Source of the DNA: a virus
Lineage: Duplodnaviria > Caudoviricetes
IMG/VR virus record: IMGVR_UViG_3300022752_000032
Coordinates: 39,450-103,449 of that record
Direction: 5' to 3' (one strand)
DNA length: 64,000 nucleotides
Shown here: positions 19,847 through 28,400 of the stretch, piece after piece
Position numbering within the stretch: the stretch's first letter is position 1
Layout: each line of letters starts with the position of its first letter
The notes under the pieces: model-generated
What the model was told of the DNA's origin: nothing
Seen by the model: the letters and a program-made list of their open reading frames with translations, nothing else
The model's database searches: none
Made by a program: the position numbers and the translations under genes

Positions 19847-20989
19847 CTACAGTGTGTAAATTGGCTCTACTCTTGTGTAAAGTTCAAATGATACGTTTGC
19901 TGTAAGTAGGTTAATTACTTCATCAACAGCAGGGTTTGCCAAACTAGGTCTAGTGCAATAGATGTCATAAACACCAGGCTCTCTTGGACCAATAATATCT
20001 AATATTTGACTATAAGTTGGAGAGATAGTTATTGTTCCATTAACACGACTTAGGCTAATAGAATTTTCTAAGTTCTCTGACTTTGTATAAGAGTGATCAG
20101 AAACTGTTAAAGATACATCCCATGCTGGATCATCTTCTAAGAAACTTCCATTTATTTCACTTAAATAAAGAACTAGTGCTGAACCAGATGTAAGTACCTT
20201 TAAATCATAAGGAGTCTCTGTCAATTGATATGGCTTAGGAATAGGACGACGTGCTCTAGGAGTATCTGGACTAAATACTTTTGCTTTTGCTCTTGCTCTG
20301 TCTGGGTTAGTTGTTTTTAGGAAAAGATCTACAGCATATAAACCAGTTCTAAGTTCATCAATAAAATCTTGATTATCAAGAATTGTGTATGAAACACCTT
20401 GACGAGCAACAGAGGTTACACGTTGAGGTAAGGCGCAAGTATCATCATTTTCATATAACTTAACAAGTTCAATGGCAAGTAAGCGAGCAGCAGCTTTTCC
20501 TGCTAATGGTGGTGGTGTTCCATATGAATAAGTAACTTCAATATTAGAAGATGTCCAACTAGCCCCTGGCGTAGCAAGAATTGTAGAGTGCTCTACTAAA
20601 TAATAATCTCTTGGATCTATTACGTTACCATCTCTATCCCTTAGAGTATGAACTCTTATTACTTTACGACCACGAAGACGTACACGAGTGCTTGCAGATG
20701 TTCCATCCCCTGAGAAATCATCTTGTTGATATGGTCCTGAACCATTTAATCTAATATTTTCAACATTTCCTCTAACTAAAGTAGGAGAGTATGTAAGCAT
20801 AGAGGCGCCTGTGCGGATGTAAGGATCATAAGAAGATACATATCGCTCAGTAACAGTTGTTACTCCAGAGTATTTTCTTCCAGACATACCCCAAAGTAGG
20901 TAGGAAGCTGTTTTTACAGCATCATATGCGTACTGAGACTCTGCATAAGTAGATCCAAGTTCGTTAACATCTACCCAAAGACTGCTCAT
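19847..20989 (-). CDS. Head-to-tail adaptor
   Basis: ASYLLWGMSGR, EVTYSYG, CALPQRVTSVARQGVS, TGLYAVDLF motifs of actinophage adaptors. Confidence 0.8.
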   Translation of the reverse strand: MSSLWVDVNELGSTYAESQYAYDAVKTASYLLWGMSGRKYSGVTTVTERYVSSYDPYIRTGASMLTYSPTLVRGNVENIRLNGSGPYQQDDFSGDGTSASTRVRLRGRKVIRVHTLRDRDGNVIDPRDYYLVEHSTILATPGASWTSSNIEVTYSYGTPPPLAGKAAARLLAIELVKLYENDDTCALPQRVTSVARQGVSYTILDNQDFIDELRTGLYAVDLFLKTTNPDRARAKAKVFSPDTPRARRPIPKPYQLTETPYDLKVLTSGSALVLYLSEINGSFLEDDPAWDVSLTVSDHSYTKSENLENSISLSRVNGTITISPTYSQILDIIGPREPGVYDIYCTRPSLANPAVDEVINLLTANVSFELYTRVEPIYTL

Positions 20990-21012
20990 TATTTATACCA
21001 ATCCTAAAGAGT

Positions 21013-21068
21013 AAGGGCGAACAACGGTTAGTGGTATCAATGATACGACCAGCACGTCGTCCGCCCTT
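21013..21068 (-). terminator. Long stem-loop after major tail gene
   Basis: AAGGGCG...CGCCCTT outer stem with inner GTATCA/TGATAC stem. Confidence 0.55.
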
Positions 21069-21080
21069 CTTTTACTTATA

Positions 21081-22130
21081 TTAAGAGGTTGGATCCTCTG
21101 ATGAAGCAATAATGAAGTCAACAGCGTTGTCAGCATTATATGTACTGCTACCAGGTACGTTGTACGCAGTAGTAGATCCTTGAGAGGTGAAGTCTGTAAC
21201 TGCCCAGTATCCATAATCAACAAATGCAGTTCCAGTATCAGCAGCAGAGGTGATAGTTCCGCTTGTTGTAGTGGTGTATGTAAATGTTGTTGTTGTTGGA
21301 ACTGCAGTAATTGTTTTAGTACCGTGAAGTGCAGAGTTTCCGTTGGTACCAGCAATAGTTACAGTATCTCCTACACGGAATCCGTGAGCAGTAGATGTTG
21401 TAATAGTTGCAGTAGTTCCAGTGCGTTGTGAGTTACTAATAGTCTTAGTAATTTCAGGATGCCACTCGTAGAAGCCCTTTAGACCAGTTGGTGCCCATGA
21501 ATCGCGAGCGTATGAGTATGGACGCTCTGCTGCAACTGGGAACTCCCAGCGGCCGTCTGGACCTGCATCAAAGAACTCATTTCCAAGACCGTAGCCTTCA
21601 AAAGTGTTTGCAAGTAATCCGTTTTCAATTACACGATCACCTGATTGACGCAATTTAACATATGGGAAAACCCAGTGGAAGTATGGACGAGTTGTTGCAC
21701 GCTTTCCATCCTTCACAGCAAATGACCAAACTTCAAGAGCAACGCCGTTTCCAGCAGGGTCATCTCCAACGGCTGGTGCGGCCCAACCAATTGATGTGCG
21801 ATCTGGTGCAGCATAAGTTCCTAGATTCTTACGAAGCAGTAAACCTCCTGCTAACAAAGCAGTAAGTTCTGTATCTGGCTCACAAATTGCCAGTTCCATA
21901 GTAATTCTTTTAAGAGTGTCTGGGGCTTTGTAGGAAACGCAAACTGTACCGTTTGCTGACTTCTCTACGATTTCATCGCCCTCTTCGTACTCTGGTGTAA
22001 ATGAAGCGCGAAGGAACGCCGAGGTTGTATAACTATCACCTGGTTGGGTGAGTAGGTTACCTGAGGCGTCCAGTCTAGTGACACGGATCGCCACACCTTG
22101 GACGCTTGCCGCGTAGTCCTGAGTGGCCAT
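21081..22130 (-). CDS. Major tail protein with an inserted C-terminal beta domain
   Basis: IRVTRLD...PEYEEGDEI...ANGTVC...YFHWVFP motifs; position after capsid genes. Confidence 0.85.
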   Translation of the reverse strand: MATQDYAASVQGVAIRVTRLDASGNLLTQPGDSYTTSAFLRASFTPEYEEGDEIVEKSANGTVCVSYKAPDTLKRITMELAICEPDTELTALLAGGLLLRKNLGTYAAPDRTSIGWAAPAVGDDPAGNGVALEVWSFAVKDGKRATTRPYFHWVFPYVKLRQSGDRVIENGLLANTFEGYGLGNEFFDAGPDGRWEFPVAAERPYSYARDSWAPTGLKGFYEWHPEITKTISNSQRTGTTATITTSTAHGFRVGDTVTIAGTNGNSALHGTKTITAVPTTTTFTYTTTTSGTITSAADTGTAFVDYGYWAVTDFTSQGSTTAYNVPGSSTYNADNAVDFIIASSEDPTS

Positions 22131-22169
22131 ACTGATTTCTCCTTTAGTTGGTTTTTACTTGTTCTTATT

Positions 22170-23036
22170 TTACGCTGTTAAATCAACTCTGATTGCTAAA
22201 TGTATAGATGTATCAAAGTAAACCGCCGCTGGGCGAATTGCTTTAATACGCATATCATTTTGATTTCCCGCTACATCATAGCTTTGAGCCAGATTGTCAG
22301 CTACGACATCAACATCACCAATAAGTGTCTTGATTGTGCCAGTGCCGTACATCCATTTGTTTGTCGCTGACGCTGTTGCGCCTGTCTGTGAATCTGGACC
22401 ATTTCCGGTGTAACCAGAGCCAACAATAATTTTAGTTCCACTAACTGTCTGAAGGTGGCCTTTTTCTTTATTATCAAAAATCATATAGTTAGCAGATAGA
22501 AGACCAGCCATATCCTTTGTCATGTGAATGACACCGTTTTCTCCACAAGGGGAGGTATCAGACAATTCATAGTCAAGTAATGCAAGTGCACGTTGAACAG
22601 AAAGTGCTGTAGTTCCATTAACAAGTGTTGCACTTGCGGCACTAAGTGCTTTATTTTCGTGGGATTCGCCTTTTCTAATCGCGCCATCCCATAACTCACG
22701 CTCCATTGCTTTCTGTGTTCCACCTTCGAGTTGACGCTTAACTCTTGCAACGTAGTCAAATCCAGTAAAACCTAATGTTGAGCGATAATCTTCAGCTTCA
22801 ATAAAAAATGGTTTAATTTCTGTGTAACGCTTAGGGGTAGCATTAGATACTAACGCACTTGACGTTGTATCAGTATCGTCATAGTTAACAAGACCACGGA
22901 GAGTTGTGTCCCATTCTTGTGAGAATCCTCTGATCCATTGATCTTCTTTTATTTTAGTATCAGGCTTTGCTACGGTGAATAGACCGAACTCTGAAGGTGT
23001 GATCTTTGGAGCTTCAAATATTCCGGTAAAAGCCAT
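22170..23036 (-). CDS. Second capsid protein (major capsid pentamer-like)
   Basis: Directly after major capsid; PFFIEA, ERELW, GVIH, IIVGSGY, WMYGTG motifs resemble the pentamer proteins of Rosebush-like actinophages (recalled, not searched). Confidence 0.65.
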   Translation of the reverse strand: MAFTGIFEAPKITPSEFGLFTVAKPDTKIKEDQWIRGFSQEWDTTLRGLVNYDDTDTTSSALVSNATPKRYTEIKPFFIEAEDYRSTLGFTGFDYVARVKRQLEGGTQKAMERELWDGAIRKGESHENKALSAASATLVNGTTALSVQRALALLDYELSDTSPCGENGVIHMTKDMAGLLSANYMIFDNKEKGHLQTVSGTKIIVGSGYTGNGPDSQTGATASATNKWMYGTGTIKTLIGDVDVVADNLAQSYDVAGNQNDMRIKAIRPAAVYFDTSIHLAIRVDLTA

Positions 23037-23079
23037 GTTCTCTATTCCTAACTTAAATCTAGTTTTTGTTTATTGTATC

Positions 23080-23104
23080 GGGGGAGCCTATTTCTAGGCC
23101 CCCC
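23080..23104 (-). other. GC-rich stem-loop between the two capsid genes
   Basis: GGGGG-A-GCCTA/TAGGC-CCCCC inverted repeat; no U-tract on the minus strand. Confidence 0.6.
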
Positions 23105-23124
23105 TTCAACAAATGGGTTACGGC

Positions 23125-25260
23125 TTAGTACTCGATTGTTGCTGCAGTCAATCCACCAAGTGTATCGCGAAGAGCAGCTGCTACTCCGTTTACATTGATG
23201 GTTGATGTTACCTGTAGAGACTCGACGCCAACAAGGGCAACGTTCTCGAAGGTTTCAACGAACATCTTGTAGTCGTTGGTGCCGACAAGTGTTGAGTCAC
23301 GGATAACTCCGAGATCCAAAGTGCCGCCATCAAGGAACAAGAATGATCCTTCAGCAAAGATGTACCAAACAAATGTGTCTGGGAATTCAACCATTGCGCC
23401 AGAACCCTGTGCACCGAAAGGAGAAGCTCCTGCTGCGGTGTCTAGAGCAAATGTAGCGATGATTCCGCGAGATGCGATATAAGCATCAATCTCTGCATAT
23501 GCATTGAGAGTTGAATCTCCAGGCATTGAAAGAGTTAGATCTGCTGCCATTGCGTCTTTAACCCATGCTGGGATAATTGCGCGAAGTGGAGCATCTGCAT
23601 CTAGACGGTGACGTGCACGGTAAGCAGCAGAAGCACGACCTAGTTGAACTAGGAAGTCACGACCCATTCCAATTACGGAAGTTGAAGTAACGGCTGTTGA
23701 TGCTGAACCGATTTTTGCCATAAGATTTCCTTCAGCCTCGCGAGCATGTTGAATTAAACCAAGCTCGTTGTGACGAGCAATTAATTCAGGATATGCACGG
23801 CTTAGAAGGTTACCGAATTGTAGTTGCAAAGTAACAGCATCAGTTGAGACAGTTGTCTCAGCAGCTGCGGCTACAGTTAAGCTCAACTTTGAAGCTGGGC
23901 TTGGTGTTTCTGCTGAATCGTTAGCAGCAGTCCATACACCAACAGCGCTAGCATATGAGCTAAGTACTGGTGGAGTGATGTAGCGAATACCGCCACGGTC
24001 TGCTTGGAAACGAGGTAGTGAATCGCGGACTGGGCGCACTGCTGAGCCAAGACCGAAGATGTCGTACTTAACCTCGAAAGGTGCTTGATGTCCACCAGAA
24101 GCAACAAGTGCCTCAGGTCCGACTACAGCTTGTACCTTGTCCCAGTTAGCTTGTGCATCCTGATTAAGGGTGCGAGCCTCTGGAAATTGTGTAGAAATAG
24201 AAGCAACAATGTGTTGTTCTCCATCTCCACCATTTACACGGCGTAGGCCATGTAGACGCTTGGCCATTGCTTCTGCAACTTCTGCCATGCTTGAAATTGA
24301 GCTGCCTGCTGTATATCCAGGAATGTCAGCGCCCGCAGTGATTGCCACTGTTGCTTCTGTTGTCCGAGATGTTGGGCGGCGGTCAGCCGGTACCTCAATG
24401 TTGAGGTTATCTGCGTTATCTGCAGCGGCGGTCACGGGTGCCTCCATAGTTTCTTGTGCTGTTTGCACAGTTTCTGTTTGTGTTGGTGTTTCAATGATTG
24501 CTGCTTCAGCACCTTCAGTAACAACAACTGCTGCTTCAGCTGCAGGAGCATCTTGCGATACTGCTACCTCTTCTACAACTGCTGCTTCTGCTACTACTGG
24601 TACTTCTGCTGTTGTTGTTGCTGGTGCTTCTTCAGCAGCTGCAACAACTGTTTCTTCCACAGCTACTGCTGCTTCAGTTTTTTCTTTAACTTCAGTCGAA
24701 AATTCAGATTTCTTATCTGCTTCGGTTGACGCTTCAGTCATAGTTTTTTCCATTTCCTTTTCTTCCTTTTTGTCTTCTTCCATGTCTGCAGGAGATTTTT
24801 CATCTTCTACTTCTGGAGTAACTTCTGGAGTTGCAGGCATTGCTGCTGCTTCTTCCATTTTTTTCTCCTCTTCCATGGTTGGGGCAGGAGTTTCAGAAAC
24901 AGGTGCTTCTTCAGTTACAGGTGCTTCTTCAGCAGGAGCGGCAGGAGCCTCTTCATGCATTGCAGCATCTTTAACTTCAGTAGTTTCCATGTCTTTATTT
25001 TCGTCTTCTTTTCCGTATACGCGATTAGTTGCTTCTGCTGCTTTTTGAGCAAGTTCTACAGTTGCTACCTCACGACGCTTGATTTCGTTTCTAACTCCAT
25101 CGAGCATGTCGGCAAGTGACGTCATAGCGTCAACTGTCTGCGGAGTAGGATCCTCCTTCTCGACCGATTCAAATTCGCTGAGGATAGATGCCTGAAGTTC
25201 ACTAACTTGTTCGTCAGTGATGTCAGACAACTGATCCATCATTTGTTTGATTTGGTCCAC
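23125..25260 (-). CDS. Major capsid (hexamer) protein with N-terminal scaffold-like region
   Basis: Acidic, low-complexity N-terminal ~300 aa; ALVASGG...LPRFQADRGGIRY...LDLGVIRDSTLVGTNDY core. Confidence 0.85.
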   Translation of the reverse strand: MDQIKQMMDQLSDITDEQVSELQASILSEFESVEKEDPTPQTVDAMTSLADMLDGVRNEIKRREVATVELAQKAAEATNRVYGKEDENKDMETTEVKDAAMHEEAPAAPAEEAPVTEEAPVSETPAPTMEEEKKMEEAAAMPATPEVTPEVEDEKSPADMEEDKKEEKEMEKTMTEASTEADKKSEFSTEVKEKTEAAVAVEETVVAAAEEAPATTTAEVPVVAEAAVVEEVAVSQDAPAAEAAVVVTEGAEAAIIETPTQTETVQTAQETMEAPVTAAADNADNLNIEVPADRRPTSRTTEATVAITAGADIPGYTAGSSISSMAEVAEAMAKRLHGLRRVNGGDGEQHIVASISTQFPEARTLNQDAQANWDKVQAVVGPEALVASGGHQAPFEVKYDIFGLGSAVRPVRDSLPRFQADRGGIRYITPPVLSSYASAVGVWTAANDSAETPSPASKLSLTVAAAAETTVSTDAVTLQLQFGNLLSRAYPELIARHNELGLIQHAREAEGNLMAKIGSASTAVTSTSVIGMGRDFLVQLGRASAAYRARHRLDADAPLRAIIPAWVKDAMAADLTLSMPGDSTLNAYAEIDAYIASRGIIATFALDTAAGASPFGAQGSGAMVEFPDTFVWYIFAEGSFLFLDGGTLDLGVIRDSTLVGTNDYKMFVETFENVALVGVESLQVTSTINVNGVAAALRDTLGGLTAATIEY

Positions 25261-25381
25261 TACTGTCCCTCCTTAGGGTCAGTTAGGATAGGGCTTTTCC
25301 CCATCTCGCTGATCAGTCGAGGCTGAGGGACTCGCGGACGCAATAGATGCGTGGAGGCACTCCACCTAATACTGAATACTA
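25261..25381 (-). promoter_or_regulatory. Structured 5' leader and putative -10 (TAGTAT) of capsid gene
   Basis: Hairpins GTGGAG/CTCCAC, ACGCA/TGCGT, GATGGGG/CCCTATC; GTCCCTC complementary to RBS GAGGGAC. Confidence 0.55.
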
Positions 25382-25429
25382 CATTAGTTCTTATAGTGTG
25401 ATTTTCTTTTTTTGTACTGTTTTTACCGA

Positions 25430-28400
25430 TCAGGTAAGTAGTCTAAGTAGCTTAGACATTTGACTAGATATCTCACTCTGGCTGTATACCTCTTGACCTG
25501 ACATGAAGTCCTTCATACCTTTAGTAGCGATATCTGCGTCTTTTTGACCAATTTTATTCTCAACCCTAGTGATCATTTTTTCCATTAGATCCTGTAGGGC
25601 AGGTGGTACATCACTAAATCTGATCTTCTGAGCATCTTCTCCAAAGGCAAAAGGTAGGTTAGCAATAACCTTGCCTAACTCTCCAGCACTGTTTCTAACA
25701 TTGCCTATAGCCTCAGCGTTAAGTGCTCCTGTATCTAATCTATCTACAATATCTAGCAAATCGCCAGCAGCCTTGGCTGCTTCAGCGTAGTTACCAGCAT
25801 TATCTAGATTATCAACCTCTTCAATCTTCTTTAATGCAGCATCTGATCCAGCATCACCTAGGTCCAGTTTCAACCGAGCAAGCACTTGTCGAAACTTCCC
25901 TGTGGCATCACGGGGTTGGGTTTTAGGTGTGTATTTAGCTCTGGACTTTTCTGCGTCTTGCTTACTCTTAACTTCTTTTTTTAGTATATCTGTTTCTTCA
26001 TCTGTAAGACCTTTTAGATCTTCTTTTGTTAAATCAGGTGTACCAACAGGCTCACTTTGATCTACTACATAAGGATCTTTTTCAGCAAATGTTTCAGAAT
26101 TGGCTAAAAAATCTGCTTCTGAAGCCTCTCCCATTTCATTTAAAATGACAACAATCATATCTTCTGGCTCCCATTGAGCGTCATATAGATCATCTGGTTG
26201 TTGAATAATTTTGCTTATAGGCATTTGTAGTTGATCCTGTGGAATCTCCATCTGCTCCATTGTCTCTGGCATGTAATCACTAGAAAATTCTTCTACAGAA
26301 TTATTCTTAGCTCTATCACGCTTAGCATGTGTTGCAGTGTAAATACCTAAAGCATCTTTATGACGTAGTTGACAGTAACCCTTAGCACGAGGACCTAGAT
26401 ACTTTGCTAAATGCTTTACGCATCTACTCCAGTCACCAGGTGCTCCCCAACGGATTTTTGCAGCTCCTTCGCCTCTTGTCCAGTAGCGACGAAGCGTTTC
26501 AGCGTTTCCCCGGTTACGATCCAAACCGCCAGCGGCAACAACTGATTCAACAATAGAGATTCTTGCTCTTAAACTAGCAGCAATACTATCTGTATCGTTT
26601 ACGGATGCTTCTTTCCAGTTCTCTGGAATTAGATCTTTTCGATCTAACTGACGAGCCATCTTTACAATATGACGGCGAACCAAACCACGATTTCCTGGCT
26701 TAGCACGTCCATATGCATGAACAGCATTTTTTAGATCAGAAACATTTCTAATTGGGAATGACCCATCTGGAAGTGCTTTTTTATCTTTTGCTAATTCCAT
26801 ACGTTGTTTGCGAGTAATGACTGCTAACTCTGAATCTGAGTTATCAATACTTTGAAGCATATAAGAAGAAGATTCTTCTTTCATCTTATTTACTCTATTA
26901 GATAATTCAGATGCTTTAATAGCAGCAGTAATTGTTCTCATTCTATCTTTAGCACTATTACTAGCCGCAATTAATGGTGCTTCTAGTTTATCAATTCGAG
27001 TATGTAACTCTGCTAAAGGATCGTTCTTTAGTTGAGCAAGAACGCTTGCACCAGCAGCAACAAGTGCCATAACTTGACCTGATGCAACACGAGCACGAGC
27101 AATTGGGAAGCCAGGAACATTTACCTGACAAATTGCTACAAGCTCTAAAGCACCTTTAATTGGTCTCCAATCTCCTGACGGAGCAGAGGCACGTAAAGCA
27201 CGAATTTGTTCTGGAGTTGTGCCAGGGCGAAGTGCTCCTGATACCCAGATACCATAAGCATCTTCTCCAGCATGTACATCTGCTACTGCAGATGCTGTGT
27301 CGTCATAATGACGAACTGCTTCTGAAGCACTTGCTTCAAGAGAAGCATGTCCTCCAGCTAAAGTTAATTGTCCAACTGGAACATCTGTTCCATCGTCAGC
27401 ACGTACAGCACCAGTGTGGAAGTATGCATAACTGCTCTTACTCCGAGGAGGACGAGTTCCATAAGACATTCCAATATGATCTACATGCCATGCAGCAATG
27501 TGACCATACACTTGACCTTCATCAGTTACTGTTAGTGCGGTTGGTTTTTTTAATTTTGGGTTAGCAAACCAATCTTTCGGCGGAGTAACTGGTATTGACC
27601 CAGCCACAATTCCACACGCTACTAACGCTGATGCGTCTAAAGGATTTAATCCTTCGACATACACTCCATCAGATATCACTTCTTCCTCCTGCATTTCTCC
27701 GCTTTGGTCTGCGAGTTCTACTCGACATTCCTGAAAAGCGGGCTTGGGGACAAGAGTTACAGCCATAACCCTTGCCTTAGTTATGTTCATTTTACCTGCT
27801 CCAACTTTTTTGTTAGAGTCATTTTCAGCATTTTCTTTTTCTTCATCTGCTTCAAACATGTCCATATCAGCAGAAACTCCACGGATGAAGCCTCCACGAA
27901 CTAATCTTTCCGCTTCTTTTCCGTATTCTCCAGTATCAAAATATCCTCTGGCATTTCCAATACCTTGTTCTACTCTTTCCATCTGAAGAATTGTTCCAAT
28001 TACAACTGATCCAGAATGACCCTCGCCAGTCTTAATTTGCCATAAAAATGGAAGAGGAAGTTCACGCATAGTAATAGCGCCTTTTTCAAACTTACGACCA
28101 TCTCCAGACTCTATGTCTTCTGGGATAACTAAAGGAATAACAAACTCTGCTCCTTTAAAATCTTCTATCTCTGCTCCTGCTAAGACAACTCTGTTTCTGG
28201 CATCCGCTGCTCTTGCTTTAAGAGAGGTTGCTTCGAGTATGGCTTCAGAAGGAAGTATAAAATCTGTGCTAAACGCGTCCGCTCTAACTCCTTTTTTGCC
28301 ATAAAGTTGACGATGCTCCTTATCTCCAGTCCACATGCCAGTTGCTTCTTTATGACGCAATGCACAGTAGCCTTTTGCTCGAGGACCCATGTATTTTGAA

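Noticed and set aside
14735-21450. Near-identical tail repeats as diversity-generating retroelement template/variable repeats
   Set aside because: All copies are in-frame coding domains, differences are not adenine-specific by eye, and no reverse transcriptase is in the window.
24170-25048. 292-aa plus-strand ORF and other antisense ORFs in the track
   Set aside because: Shadows of biased minus-strand genes (here the Glu/Ala-rich scaffold); no RBS or recognisable motifs.
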